A DNA stretch of 64,000 nt, taken from contig MU058065.1 in assembly GCA_013265495.1 (NCBI GenBank), positions 7,688,302 through 7,752,301 on the forward strand. The letters are read 5' to 3'. This document shows, piece by piece, positions 38,021-52,423 of this stretch (the stretch's first letter is position 1; every line of letters starts with the position of its first letter). The translations under genes were made by a program, and so were the position numbers. The notes under the pieces were generated by a model. It made no database searches. It worked only from the letters and a program-made list of their open reading frames with translations, and was not told where the DNA came from. The stretch is from Vicugna vicugna. Lineage: Eukaryota.

Positions 38021-39249
38021 AGTAGTGAGAGTTAGTTCTCTATAACTGAAAGTTTTAGAACAATGGTAGACTAATCACTAAGTACAGATATTTCTCTTTT
38101 CTTTTTACTTTCTCTCTAGCGTTATGATTATTTACATATCTTATCCCTAGTAGATATACATTTTTGAGGGCATGATATAAATATATTTTATTTTGATAAT
38201 CTCCAGAGTCCTTGGACATAGGAAGCATTTGATAAATGTGTGATTGGAGAAGGAGACCATTTAGGCATCAGAGAAAAGACTGAACTAGGTCTCCTCCAAA
38301 GTTTGTTTAGATGCTAAAAGTCTCTGATTCATTCACTCAACAAATAAGGAATGGAAACCACATGCCATGCAAAGGCTAGCTGTTGGTGATATGATGGATT
38401 ACAGAAGCAGACATGGTCTCTACTGATTCTGTGTCCCTGCTGGGCTAAGGAGCTGAATGTTACCTAAACTTCATCCTTTGTTCCTTGAGCTGTCTTAATA
38501 CTGAGGCTGCAGTTCTTTTTTTTTGTTTGTTTCTCTAAACTGCTTGCTCTCTTTGTACTATGCTGGAAAGTCACTTAGGAGGAGAGATACCAAAGAGGAA
38601 CAAAGTGGGAGTGGCTATTTTCCAAAGCACACAGCTATTTTTGGAAATGCAAATCCAGACCTCAGATAAGGGAAGAAGAAATCTTTATAGTAGCAAAAGG
38701 CCTAGGAAGGTCTCCAATTAGTATTACACCTTCCTGCCCCTTCCGTTATACTCTGATAGTCCACCCTCAAAGCCTTGGTGCAAGGCAGAGTCTTTGAGAG
38801 GTGGGCACACAACCTTAGAAATGCTCACCAAAGAAAAATGTGAGAATAATATAAATAGAATTTGAGACATCAGACAAGTATATAATAATTCAAGTTCTGC
38901 AGATGCATAGATGATGTCTAGCATGGGACTGAGTTCTTTAAAAATCTCAGTATAATTGCATTTGATGTCGAGAGGGTAATAAGCCTGTTTTCTTCTAGCT
39001 GGATTGTTTTGGCCCAACCAGCCTGGTTGGTAGAATCCACATCTTCTTAAGGGCTTGTCTACAGTAGCAACCACTCCTGAGTTCTCCTTGTGTCTTGTCT
39101 CCTTGTACTGCAGGCTAGGATGAGCTGAGTGAGGCCCTGTGTGGGACAAGATAAAACAAAAAGGGATGATTACAGTGGGCTTCTCCCAGGGGCCCAGAAA
39201 TTGTACCAGAGGTTTACGCACTGCCAAGGGTCACTGACTGAATTCAAAC

Positions 39250-39455
39250 ACTTCTGTCAGGAATGAATGTTGAATTTTTTGAAAGGTTATTTCAGCCTCT
39301 TTGACAATAATCATGATTTATCTTCTTGGAATGTTAATTAACATATTTTCCTAGTGTGTTTCCTAAAAATGAACAAAGTGTTCATTCTTACAATAATCCC
39401 CACCTGGTTATAAGACACTATTTCTTAATGTGTTGTTGGATTTTGTTTATTTACC
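39250..39455 (-). mobile_element. Old LINE-1 ORF2 (RT region) fragment
   Basis: aggaatgaatgttgaattttt...taatccccacctggttata...tgttgttggattttgttt resembles antisense L1M ORF2. Confidence 0.65.
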
Positions 39456-39959
39456 ATATTCTCATCTTCATCTAAGTTCATTCCTCAATTATTGTACATA
39501 TCCAAATTTATCTCATGTACAGTAAGAGTCCATGACACACACAGTTTGAAACTTCTTTTGGTGTTTAACTTCACCTTCCTACTTGTGTTGACTTAACCCT
39601 TCTCTATTTTCGTCAAGGAGAATGGAAAACAACAATGTTCATGAGACCAAGCTGATTCAATTGACTCTACCATCAAAACCAGAAGTAGTCATGGATACTT
39701 CCTGGGGCATGTGTATTGGAGTGTACGTGCCCACTTCTAGTACAGCTGAGAGAGCTAACCAAAACCTTGGTTAAATCATCCCTTAGTCTCCTCTACTACA
39801 AGCCAAAGCCTCCTCCACTTCAGACAAAGAAGTGGAAACTTCATTTTGAGAGTCAAGATCTAAAAAATATTCAAAGTTCAAACATTTATACAAAGCTCCC
39901 GACTGCTTGATTCATATTTCCAACAAAAGAGCAGGCTCTTACAGTGAAAGACAATAGAC

Positions 39960-40655
39960 CGTCCACCTAAAGTCTCAAGTCAGAAACTTAGGAGTTCTCT
40001 TCAATTTATCCCTTTCCCTTCCCAGCAGCACTCCCACCCACCTGGCCCAGTGGCTTGTTTAGTCCTACATCAAGTGCCACTGATTCTATCACCAAAATCT
40101 CCGGCATTTGTTCCATTCTCTCAATCTCCCTGGTTGTTAATTAAGTCATCGTTCCATTGCCTACACCACTAGATTCTCTGCTTTCTACTTTTACATTACT
40201 TTTTTTTTTTTTCACCTCTCTGAGTGCTGTCTGGAGAACAGGTTGTATTTGTGAGTGGATCATGCTGATCACTGTTTAAAGGCTCCTCACTGTGATTCTC
40301 TCTGCCTAGCCTGTCACTCCATCCTCATCTCTTAGTGTTCATGTAACTAGCTCCTTCTCAACATTTAGATCTCTGCATTTGTAGCTGAAATGCCACCTTC
40401 TCAGAGACGTCCTCCCTGACCACCCTATGCGAAGAGGTCCATGCCATATTCTGTCCTTGAATTTTGTGTATTTCTTTCATGACATTTGTATCAATTTACA
40501 GTTAATTAGTTAAGTGTACTCTCTACTAAACTATACATTCCAGGAGGACAGGGGCTATATTTGTCTTGTTCACCTCTGACCACAGTATCTCAGCACCATA
40601 GTGTCTAGTAGGTAGGACCATATACTCATTAAATATGTACCAAATTAATGAATGA
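39960..40655 (+). mobile_element. L2 LINE 3' part
   Basis: tcaagtcagaaacttaggagttctc...gccaccttctcagagacgtcctccctgaccaccc...caggaggacaggggctatatttgtcttgttcacc...aattaatgaatga. Confidence 0.75.
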
Positions 40656-41989
40656 TTCTAGGTAGGAAAGAAAGCACTGAGCCTTCTGACCCCGCCAGAT
40701 GTAGAGCATTCGTTTCCACATTGAGGGTAGAGTTGGCAAAGTCGTTTCTCCTGTCTTGAAACTCCCAGGATAGCTAAGGCTGGTCAAAGGTTTGAGTGCC
40801 CTTTCTCGTACTTCAGTGTAGCCCCAACAAAAGCTTATTTTCTTGTGCCTGGGGAACTTGCAGCAAGCTTCTGAGTTCCCAAACTCACAGCTCTGAACAA
40901 ATTTTTCCTGGGAAAATTTAAGCCCAGTCCAAGTCAGTAGCTGTTCTGTTATATTTTTCTCTCTTTTACTGTCTTTGAAAAAGCAGTTTTCATTTTAAAA
41001 AGAAAATAACAAACAAACAAAAAGATAACCTAAAGGGCAGGACTTCAGACTCTGGATTTAATTGCTTGGGGCAAAAAGAAAAGCATTTATTTGACTATAC
41101 CAACACTGAGCTCTTGGTGGGGGTGGTGTACATCTGCGTGAGCTCCCCCACCTCTCAGTCCTCCCTGAAAACCACTTTCAATAAATTCATGTGGCCTCAA
41201 TCAAAGATGCTGTAGACCATTTTCCTTCTCACTCACTGTATAACTGGGGCCCAGATAATTTAGGAGATTCCTTTTGAAGAAACATCTGGAACCTGGGAAC
41301 TGGCCCATTAAGCACTCACTCACACACTCTCTCTCTCCCCCTCTCTCCCTCTCTCTCTCATCTTCATCTTCCTTTGAAGAGGCTGTTCTGGTTTGAGATT
41401 TTCTAACCCAGAAATTCTAGCTCTCATATATTTTACTCAGTTCTCTGGAGCCATTTACAAGTAAGCCCGCCAGGCAAAATCTCATTGCTGGGAGGAACCC
41501 ATTGTGGCTTTGGTTATCTGTTTATGGGATCTGATATCCTCAGGTACAAAACTGGCTCTAAGGAAAACTCGTGTGGGGGTGAATGGGACTTGAGAGTGGA
41601 GATGATCTTAGACAAGAATTCTGTAGCCATACGTTGTCTGTGCTCTATCAGCTCCTCAAGAACTCACAAGAATCTAAAGGAATCCATGAAAGGAAGAGGG
41701 GAAGAATAACATGAATATTTTTTCTATTTTTGTAAAATCAATAAACTTGGGAAAGGAAAGAAAGACTCTAAGTTCATACAAAAAGGTAGTGGGTATTACC
41801 AGAAGCATAGACCAAACTTCACAATGCTCACTGCAATTTCTTCACTACCTCATCCTAAGGCTGGGTTCCAGAACCAATTGACCATGGCAGAGGTGATGAG
41901 CTCTGCCTCTTCACCTGAGCCCAGTATCCTTCTTATCAAGAACACTGAGACTCCACTGTGTCTCCAGAAAATCCTGTTCCATCACTAGG

Positions 41990-42438
41990 CAAATTTGCAT
42001 TCATGTCCCCAATTGCCACCCTTCCCTGTATCTATTTCCTTTCTCACTAAACTTTGAAAAGTCCTACCCCTACCCCTGAGGTCAGCCATGTGAATTGTTT
42101 GGTCAATAGCAGTGATGATGTACCAAACCCAAGCCTAGGTTTCAAGAGGCTGGGCGTGTTTTCATTTGCCTTCTCGTGCTTCCAGCATCACCCTGAGAAA
42201 GACAAAGAAACACTTGGGCTAGTCCACCATTCCTGGGAGGAGGATGAGAAACATGTGGAACCAAATTGACTCAGTCGGGCTCAGCCTGGTCAGCCAAACC
42301 CCAGCCACATCCCAGCTGTAGGAGCAAGCCCAGCCTGCATCAGCTGAACTCCACAGATGTGTGAGAAATAAATGTTTATTGTTGCATGCCACTGAGAATT
42401 TGTGGTTGTTTGCTCCACATCAAAAGTTAACTGATCAC
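41990..42438 (+). mobile_element. MLT1H-like MaLR LTR
   Basis: gcctaggtttcaagaggc...ggaggatgagaaacatgtggaa...aataaatgtttattgttgcatgccactgagaatttgtggttgtttg. Confidence 0.8.
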
Positions 42439-43609
42439 AGAGCTAAAAATTAAAGCTCTTAAGAAGCTCTATATCTAAATAGCAATGCCTCATATTCATA
42501 TAGCATTCTGAGAGTCTTCTAAATATTTAACACAGTGTGTATCTTATTGAGGTTTTATGATAGCTCTGTGAAGTCTATGGGAGAGATCTTATTATTTCCA
42601 CATTACAGCTGAGGATACTAAGGTGCAAAAAAAGTGAAATTAACTTGGCCAGCCTCTTCAAAGGAAGATAAAAATGAGAGAGAGAAGGGACATAGCTAAA
42701 GAGGAGCAGAAGCCACAGCCTTCTCATTGTCATCTCAACTTCCTCCCCCGACTCATACATAGGAGGAAAAGACAAACATACAGGTAGCTAGTTAGCTGGC
42801 TGGCATCACACAATCGGAAGAGTATACTGAAAGAAAAGTTGGGTTAAAAAAAAAATTGGCTGCTTGGTTAATGGACTGAACTCCTCTGGCAAAAATTTCT
42901 GGAAAATGTGGGCCACAAGTAAAATTTCAAAAAGAATAGAATTATGGTGCAGTAGGAGGCAGAGGAGACAGGAGCCTCTGAGTTCAAGAAGGTTGCATAG
43001 ACAGTATGTACGTAGTCTCTTGGTGTATGCAATATGCCAGGAACCCTGCTAGAAATCTGACAAGCATGATCTCATTAACCTACACGATAACAACAGGAAG
43101 ACTGTATTATAACACAGCATAACATAGCATAATATAATAGAAACCCCAGAAACTACACAGTAAAACGACGTGCCAAAGCTCACACAGTAAGTGGCGTTGG
43201 GTTGAAGCCACGTCTGTCTGCCTCCTGCTTTGGATCCTCCATCTCTGGTTGAGAGTGAGAGACATGGGCAAAGGAGCCAACTCAAATAAGCCAAGGAGAG
43301 GAAAGAGGTAAGAATGCTGGAGTGGGAGAGTGTCTGGAGGCTGGAAAACTTTCTGAAGATAATGAACATCAAAGGGAACTTATTTTCTGCACTTGTTCAC
43401 TCTTGACTACATGGTTAGAAACCCAGTGGGTCAAAGGCTCCCCTTCCCAGTCCATTGAGTCTGTGTGTATCACACACACACTACCCCTAGCCAAGGGCAA
43501 AAGGGCCCATCCCTAAGCAGCATCCTCTTTCTCTCTCCTTTTTGTCTCCCTCAGCATGTTACAGCACTTGACCAGCTTTTCTTCTGTGCTGCTGCTATGT
43601 CTTGAGACT

Positions 43610-43835
43610 ACATGGTATAGTGGAAAAAGCATAGGCTTCCAATTTAACATCTCTGGGATCAAAACCTAGCCACATTTAGTAGCTTTGCCTCCTGGAGTAA
43701 GTGACTTAATTCCTCTGAGCCTCAGGGGATAATAATAGTGTCTGCATCATAGGTTGCTAGGGGAACTCAAAGAGACTCGCCATGTAAAATCCATGGTTGG
43801 TGAGTGCTACATTCAAGTATTCAATAAATGTTAAT
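43610..43835 (+). mobile_element. MIR SINE
   Basis: catggtatagtggaaaaagcataggctt...aagtgacttaattcctctgagcctcag...attcaataaatgtta. Confidence 0.8.
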
Positions 43836-44164
43836 TCACCTCACGCATATTCCTTGAAGGCCATGAAGGAGAAAGCAGAGGTGGCCAGAGGGTGGGCACG
43901 TTGTAGGGAACCAGCCACCACAGGTAAATCTAGCTTGACAATCCTGCCACGTCTGCTGCTCTGTTTTCTGGCTACAGCCCCCCCCCCACCGCAGTGGGCA
44001 CAGGGTTGGAGCAAAACCCCTCAGCAGTGACGTTCAGCTTCCTTCACGCGTCTCAGAGCTCAGAGGACCCTTTCTGTATAGTTCTAGGTTACATCTCTTT
44101 AAGGTAAACAAGTCTGTTGAACTGTTCATCAGTGGAAGGGCATCTGGGTTGTTTCCAGTTTGGG

Positions 44165-44408
44165 GAGGAACAGACGTAGGAGGGAAATGGTGTCGCTATA
44201 AAAGGGCAATGTGGGGGATCCTTGTGACAGTTGAAGTGTTCATGCCTTGACCATATCGATGTCTGTAGCCTGGGTGTGAGACTGCGCTATAATTTTGAAG
44301 GTACCATCGTGGGGGAAAACCGAGTAAAGAGCATAAGGGATCACTTTGTATTATTTCTTACTAGGATGTGAGTCCACTTTATCTGAAATAAAGAGGTTAA
44401 TTTAAAAT
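44165..44408 (+). mobile_element. L1MC/MD-type LINE-1 3' end
   Basis: ctataaaagggcaatgtgggggatccttgtg...gggatcactttgtattatttcttact...aaataaagag. Confidence 0.75.
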
Positions 44409-45561
44409 ACACATCATACGCATACAAGGGAACAAGTGTGCTTTCCCGCTCCTTCCTCCAAAGACCCCCAGTCCTCATCCATCTTCCTTCTACCCAGGAG
44501 GGAGTTGGGCTGTCACCCTTTGCTTATTGCAGGAAACAAAGGCTCAGTTTCTGAAAGTGTTTATGAGTTCCTGCAGCCTCCCATGTCTGGAGAGTGTTGA
44601 GGGCAGGGGGTGCTGCTCTGTCCCCAAAATGACATCTGCAAAACTTGCAGGCCATGTGCAGTTAACACCTGCTCCCTTCAACCACTCATCCAAAAGGGAC
44701 GGTTCTGGCAGTCGCTCTTGCTGCTGGAGATGGCAGATGGGACCTCTTGTATTTCCTCCCTCATGCCCAAAGGAACCAGCTGGATCCTGATGGAGTTCGT
44801 GGTCTTCATGCTCCTGTCACTTGTTTGGGAAGAAAGAAGGGAGACAGGTAAGGAGCACAGGAGAGGAGGTAAAAGAAAAGGCAGGAGCTCCTCATCCCTG
44901 TCCCCACCTCGCTAAGGGTCCCCCTCTGTCTTAGGAGGTTGTGGGAGGGAAGCAAGCAAACACATGGCTTTCATGGGCTCAATACCTGTGAAGACAACTG
45001 TCAGTGAGAAGTGGGGAGGCCTCCATAGGTGGATGCTGCAACCCGGAATCTTCCAAGCCTGGATCAAACCATCACTTATGCCCACGATATGCTCGTTCTC
45101 TGCAGAACCTTCACTTTCCCTGGCCTGCACGTGACTAGAACCAGAAGGCTTCTTCTCATCATAATGTGTGTCTGCCTCCTTCTAGGGTGTGAGAGCTTTA
45201 ACTGTAGGAGGTTCTCATGTATCTTTGATTCCCCAGCACCAAGCAGAGTGCCAGACCAGCAGCAGGTGCTGCATTAACGTTTGTGAAAGGATGCCTGAGT
45301 CCACTGACCACACGAGATGCTCAGAGAAATGAGACATAGCAGCACGTGGGGTGGCTGCGGAAGGATGTGCACTCTTTGCTCCAGACAAGTGGAGAGAAGG
45401 GAGAGAGTGCCAGAGAAGGAGAACAATACAAAATAAAAGCAAAGATATCAACGCCACACGTTGTATGTTCAGGAGATGGTCTAACCCTGGTCCAGCACAT
45501 TCACTTCCTAGATCTCTTACACCAGAAATTCCTTTTTAAATAAGAGGACCTCGTTTTCAGA

Positions 45562-48240
45562 TTTTAAATCAACTTTATGGGAGGATAGCTTTTACAATCA
45601 GATGTACTCATTTTAAGTGTACAAATTGGTAAATGTTGATTGATAAGTACATACATGTGTATATGTCTGTACAATTGACTCTTGAACAACATGAGTTTGG
45701 ATTGCTTGAGTCCACTTATATGTAGATATTTTTCAATAAATATGCAGTCAGCCCTCCATATCTGTGGGTTTCACATCTGCAGACTCAACCAATAGTGGAT
45801 GGAAATTTGTACTACACTACATCACTTCATATAAGGGACTTGAGTATCTATGGATTTTGGTATACAAGGGGGCTCCTAAAACTCATGCTGCATGGATACT
45901 GAGGGGCAACTGTACATAATGCAAACAATATGCACACACATATATAAAATCACCCCCAAAATCTGGAGTCTACTTTTCCCTTTTCTAGACTTTCATTTCA
46001 ATGGAGTCATCACAGTGTGTACCTTTTTGTCTGGCTTCTTTTGTTTAGTGTAATAATTTTGAAATTGATCCATATTATTGCATGTATCAGTACTTTGTTC
46101 TTTATGGCTGAGTAATATTCCACAATACGGATATTTGGATATACAATAGTTTTATTGATCCTTTCAATTGTTGTTAGACATGTGGTTTCTTTCCAGTTTG
46201 GGGTTATTAACAGATGATTTCTATGATCATCCATGTAAAAATCTTTATGTGGACACAATTTTTATTTCTCTTGAATAAATATCTAAGAATGAATTTGCAA
46301 GAGCAGAGGGTCATGTATATTTGACTTTAACAGACTGTTTTCTATAGTGGTTTTGCAATTTTACATTCTCACCAGCAATGTATAAAAGTTCCAGTTGCTC
46401 CACATCCTCACTAACACTTGGTATTGATGGTCTTTTTAATCTTAGCCACTCCAAAGAGTATGCAGGGATATCTCATTGTGGATCTAATTTGCATTTCCCT
46501 GCTGCTTAATGATGTTAAACATCTGCATGTGCTTCCTGGCCATTCATACATTTCTTTTGTAACATCTCTTTTCAAATCTTTTGTCCATTTAAAAAAGAAA
46601 CTTAAATTTTAGAAAAATTTCAGGTTTTCAGAATTTTTTCTTCTTTGATATTAATATTTTTAAACACCTTTATTATGGTATGATTTCTGTACAGTAAACT
46701 ACACATATTTCAGATGTACAATTTGATGAATTTTGATAGATGTATACACCAATGAAACCACTACCACAATCAAGATAGCTAACATTTCCATCACTCCCCA
46801 AGAGATGCAAATTTCAAATTTCTAATTTAGCCTTTCAGGGGTAGATTTACAGAAGTTTTATGAAGATAATACAGCGTTCCAATATATGCCCAGTTTCTCC
46901 TATTGTTAACATCTTCTGTGAATATAGTTTGTTGGTGACAGCCAGTGGACCAATATCACTACATTGTTACTGACTTAAGTTCATACTTGATTCAGATTTC
47001 CTTAGTTTTTACCTAATGTTCTTTGTCTGTCCCAGACTCTTATCTAAGTTACATTACATTTAGTCATCATGTCTCCTTTGTCTCCTCTGGACCATAAAAT
47101 TTCCCTAGACTTCCCTTGTTGATGATCCTTCATAGTTTTGAGAAGTAATGGTAAGGTATCTTATAGAATGCCCCTCAATCTGAGTTGGTCCAGTGTTTTC
47201 CCATTGTTAGACTGGGATATGGGCTTTAGGGAGGGAGATCACAAATGTAAAGTGCTATTCCCATCACATCATATTAAAGGCATATATCATAATTATGACA
47301 TCACTGCTGATGTTAATCTTGATCATCTGGCTGAGATACGGCTGGTAAAGCTTCTCTACAGTGTTTCTCCTTTTCCCCCATTTTTATGCTCTACTTTTTG
47401 AAGGATGTCCCTATGTATGCAGCTCACCCTTAAAGAACAGGGAGTTATCTCTACCCTCTTGATCCTGGGGAGAGTATCTCTGTACATTATTTGGAATCAT
47501 GCATGGGAAATGTGCCTATTCCCCCATTTATTTATGTATTCAATCACTTATTTACAGTATGAATTCATGGATGTTTATATTATACCTTGGTTTATAATCC
47601 AATACTATTTTATTTATTTTATGCTCAACTTGTTCCAGCTTTGGCTATTGGGAGTTTTTCAGCTGGCCTTTGTGTCCCTTTAATATACTCCCATTGGTTA
47701 TGGGGATTTGGTTCTTTTTTCAATTGAGACCTTATTTTGTGGCTCTACAAGATTCCCTAGTCTCTTCTTATGGATTGCCTGTCCCAAACTCTGGAATCAG
47801 CCATTTCTCCAAAAGTTCCTGATTCTACTATTAAAAGTCAATATCTGGGAGTTGGGTATGCTCATTGCTACTTGAGTATCATTGCTTCTAGCTCTGTCTT
47901 CTTAGCAGACAGAGCTTGGAAATACACGTTTGTATACTAACATGTGCTAACACACATATCTATAATTATATATATGAAAAAAATATATATATATTAAGCC
48001 AAACATGAGTTCATACTGATGGCACCAACTCTTACCAGTACCACATGATTCATTTGAATATTCCCTGTTATTTATCTGTAAACTGTCACTCCAATAGTGA
48101 GAAACCTGGCTCTCACCATCCTCCATCCATCCATTTATTTATTTAATCTCAGTATACATATTATCTGCCAATAAAGACATTTCATTCTTTCCAATTTTGG
48201 TGTCTTTCATCTCTTTTTCTTACCTTTTTAGTATTGTATC
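45562..48240 (-). mobile_element. Cluster of nested old LINE-1 (L1M) antisense fragments
   Basis: Several antisense L1 3' ends (about 45565, 46660, 46830). ORF 46010-46258 (NWKETTCLTTIERINK...VEYYSAIKNK) is a degraded L1 ORF2 C-terminus. Also contains ttacattctcaccagcaatgtataaaagttccagttgctccacatcctc. Confidence 0.85.
45672..45912. mobile_element. MER2B-like Tigger MITE inserted in L1
   Basis: Imperfect terminal inverted repeats caattgactc.../...ggggcaactg, flanked by TA on both sides; internal ataagggacttgagtatctatggattttggtat. Confidence 0.8.
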
Positions 48241-49054
48241 AGAATAAATTGTTTTTAAGAGGGGTAAAATATAAGATGAGCAAGTTTTGTTATAATTTGT
48301 GACTCAGTATAATACCAGAAGCCAGGCCATTTAAATGTGTATCTGGACTTTGGTCATCATGAAAATTTCCAGGACAATGTCCAGGAATTACAGCTTTACA
48401 GACTGATCTATGTGCCAGCTTTATCAACTCAAGCTAATAATACAGTGGCATATATCATCAGATCCCAAGACCCGGGATCAACAAACATACAAGCTCTAAA
48501 AGGAAGCACTTCCAGATTTCATTTGCCCATTCTCATTTTCTTTGCTTTCTTTTTCACTTTTTTCATGCCTCCCCATCTGCTGCCCTTCTCACTCTTCACC
48601 TCTCCTTCCTTCCATCTTTTCTTTCTTTTCTTCTCTTCCCTTTTCTCATAATATTTTCTCTGCTTCCCTCTCATTAAGGTTCCCCAGACAACCACTTTCC
48701 CTAATCTCATCATTTCCCAACACTTGCTCATACTTCAACTTGCAGAAGTGTTATGTCATTTCTCTTTCCACAGCTGGTTCCTTTCCTTTGGAATGTCACA
48801 CCCAAGGGGCTGTCCAGTCTTTGCTGTCCTAACCAACTCTCTGTTGCTGTCTCCCAACCCAGCCTTCTCAACTGCTGGACAGGCTGGGGTAAAATATTCT
48901 TATTCTGCTGCAAGTTCTTCTGTAGGCTTAAGTCAAACTGGTGTGAACCCAATCAACCGAAAATTTCTTCCTCCCATTCTCATAAATCTGACCATTTTCA
49001 CCATACAAGAAAGTGATTCTTAAGTTTTAGGGAGTGTAAGAGGGTCTACTATGT

Positions 49055-49150
49055 CTTGATGGAGCCTAGGATTCTCCTTATTTAACAAGCGTCTCTCCAG
49101 GTAAGTTTGATAGAGATGGAATGTGGACCCCACGTTGAGAAACACTGCTA
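49055..49150. mobile_element. MER5-type hAT-Charlie fragment
   Basis: tttaacaagc...ccagg...ggaccccacgttgagaaacactgct. Confidence 0.65.
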
Positions 49151-49544
49151 TGAGAAAAGGTAGAGAAATGGAGGAGTGTGCTGTTTTCAATATGGCAAAA
49201 CAAGTTTCAAGCCCTGGCATCTAGTCCCAGATCCATTCCATTAGCAGATGACCCATATTACTTAATCATGCCTCAGATCCTCATAGAAAATGGCATTAAT
49301 AACATCTACCATATATTTCATAGAGCTGTAATGAGACTTCATTGAGTTAATTACTCTGAAAGATTTTTGAAAAATATAAACTGTTCAATATATGCAATAG
49401 TAATATAATAAATCTCAAACCACACAGCAACCTAAAAACTTCCCTTATTACTTGGAAAAAGCTTTTGAAGCTACTATAAGTTCTGAAGGAAGTAAGTCAA
49501 AATGGCATTGCATGCCTCTTAATATTGGGTATAGGCTACATTAA

Positions 49545-49702
49545 TCCCTCTCAGACTAATTACATACAAATCACCAGGGGATCATATGAAAGGCAGATTC
49601 GACTCAGAGGTGTGGGCTGGGTCCTGAGGCTGCATTTCTAACAAGCTCCCAGGTGAGGTTGATGCTGTGGGTTAGTGAATCACGTTTTGAATAGTGGAGG
49701 GG
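49545..49702. mobile_element. MER5A-type hAT-Charlie MITE
   Basis: aatcaccaggggat...ctgcatttctaacaagctcccaggtgaggttgatgctg...cacgttttgaatag. Confidence 0.75.
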
Positions 49703-50224
49703 TTTGTGCTCTAAGTAGAGAAGGATAGAATGGATTGCCAAGAAGATGGTGTGATTCAATTTGGCTCTTGAGAGATGGAGGAGGGGAAGAAAAGAACAGG
49801 GCTCAGACTCTCTCCAGAGTCCCATTCTTGAGGAAGTCCTGGCTCTGGTGTCAGAGAAAGGAAGGCCTTTCCTTAGACCAGGGTTCCCAGGGAACATGGA
49901 GCAGGAGGAGAAGGCAAGGGGCTCTGCTTCCCTACCTTTCTGAGGAGGAGTGAATGTCAACAGACAGTGTACAGACATGACAGAGTTGTGAAGTACTCTT
50001 AGAACACAGCACTGAAAACCATGGGGTTTAGCTCTTAAAAGGGGAGACACTGGCAGTGGTTGGGCTGTGAGAAAACTCAAGTGTAGTAGATTTGTCCTGG
50101 TTGGCAGGAGAGCATCGTTTACTTGACCCACAGAAAGAGGCTATGGGCCTTTTGCACACTGAAGTGAGAGGCACATAAAACAAAGCAGGAGGTCTTTAGA
50201 TCAGGAAGAAACACAAACATCTCT

Positions 50225-50714
50225 GCTGGCTCTTTAAGTGCCCAGGTCTGCTGTCTACTCTTCCTTACCCTGCATACTCCCTGGGAGGGAGATTTATGGA
50301 ACTGTCTCATTGGCCTCCCTTGCCTTCTGGCTTTGGTTGGGTTCTACCAATGGGAGGCACCAACAGGTGATCACAGGAAGGGAGGAGAGAGTTTGGGGTA
50401 TCTTTTCTCTGGGTACCTCCCCACTGAGCCATGGGTTAGCAGTGACTGCCTTCTCTATGGAAGGCCACAGCTCCTGTCAGGCTCTTCGCTATTACAAACT
50501 GCTGCTATCATGTCTGGGTTCTGGAAATCACTGCTCTCCCTGAGCCCCTTCAGGCCTTGGTGTATTAAAAACACACCACTGTTGTTAGCTCTGGGTTGCT
50601 TCACCATCTCTTGTTGATTTCCCTTAAGTCTCCCACACCTTTGTAAACAGCTCCTTGATTTAAACTCTCACCTTATTCTGTTGGTGTGTTTCATTTCCAG
50701 ACCTATTCTGATGC
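50225..50714 (+). mobile_element. LTR33 ERVL solo LTR
   Basis: ctcccttgccttctggctttggttgggttctaccaatgggaggcaccaacagg...gggttgcttcaccatctcttgttgatttcccttaa...cacacctttgtaaacagctcc. Confidence 0.85.
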
Positions 50715-51229
50715 ACTACCCATAATCAGAACAATCTCACAACATGGTCACTGGGAATTGTCCTGTACTTAAAAGGCTATCACGGGGGTGGGAATACCAG
50801 CGAGAGGGGAAATCAAGGCTATCAGCGTTAGTGTACAGAGAGTGAATTGGGGAGTAGAAGGTGAGGCTTGGGACAGCTTCAGGATTAATGAGGGGAAGCA
50901 AGACGGTGCAATGACCTATGCATGCAGCATTAGGAATTCAAGCCCTCCTTTCTCCTGCTATTTTCACATATGCTATTCTCCCATTTCCTCCACTGCTCAT
51001 TCTTAGAGAATTGAGTGTGGGCTCTCTTGAAGGCTGAAGGAATCAGCCTCCTGCTTTCTTTGTCCTTCACATCAGAAGTCCAAGCTTTGGTCCAGAGCCG
51101 CCCAGGTTCAAGCCCACAGTCACACGCGTTAGAAGGAGGATCAGTGAATGGGATGCTCCCTGGAAGCAGTGGCTGCAAAAGATGCCTGGAGGGAATTGGT
51201 CACTCAGAGGGCACCAGATACAATAATTA

Positions 51230-51450
51230 GGATCTTGAACTTTGGTGTTTCACTGCCCGAGTTTTAATTCCAGTTCTGCTGCTTCTTGCTGTTTGACCTT
51301 CAGCTCCTACCTCACCTTTTTGGACATCGGCAGCCTCATTTGTGAAAAGCTGACAATTATTTAACTGAGCTCACACACTGTGAGAATCAATCGATATAAT
51401 GCAGGGCCTGGCACCTGGGAAACACTCAACAGACTTCAGCTCGTACTCAT
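51230..51450 (+). mobile_element. MIR SINE
   Basis: gagttttaattccagttctgctgcttcttgctgtttgacctt...cctcatttgtgaaa...gcctggcacctgggaaacactcaa. Confidence 0.7.
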
Positions 51451-52423
51451 AACATCACCATATGGTCATCGTCATTGTTAACATTATAATCATTGAAATG
51501 ACATAGTTGATTACAAGGATGAAGATAGAAGAGCTCCCCATATACCCCACCTAAATTCCACAATCCCATTTACCCATTTTGTCAAAATTGGAAGTTTCTT
51601 TATTTTATTCAGTCCCGAGACAACATGGTCATGACATACTCTGTGCCTTGGTTTCCTCAAGTTTCTGAGGAAGTTTGGGACACGAGGGTGGAGAGGGGCA
51701 GACAGGGACCTTTGCGTTGTTTGAGAAGGGTTTCTCAAGGGCTCAACGAGAGCAGCAAAGGAGGAAGAAGCAAACAGGCATGAAAGGGAGGATATAGGAG
51801 GAAACACTTTAAGTGGATGAGCAAAAACGTATCTTCTTTGTTGAGATCTTCCACATGCACCTGTAATAGCTCCCTTATTTTATGAGTTTTCACATCAAAG
51901 AAATTGAACCCAGGCCTTGGACTCTTCGAGTTACAGCCCTCATCCCAATGTCAAGACACCAGGGTGCGTAAGTGAAAGGAAATTCCCGTCAGAGACCTTT
52001 TCTTTGGGGTGAGAATGCTTCCCATAGGCTGAGCCAGCTGACCTGCTTAGTTCTGAATTTATCTTGGCTCACTGCCCCCAAGTCTGCACATCTGTGTATC
52101 TATACATCTGAGGAGCTCAGAAAAGAACTAAAGTGGGACAAGAGGCCAGGAGACTCTAGAAGAATCTAGACCTCTGGGGACCTTTTCTTGCCTCACCCAG
52201 TCTGGTAGAAATGCTCACCTCTGTCAGTATCCATAGCTTTTTCTGGATACAAAGCAAGAAAATACTGTCTCTTTGCAAATTCTCCTCTGAGAACGTTTTC
52301 CAACAAAGTTTCAATATAATAATAAGGAGATATAACTTTGTACAATGTTTCACACTTTAGAGACCTGCCATGAGGATTAACCAAGATAATATGCTTGAAA
52401 GGTGTTTTATAAAGAATGCATCA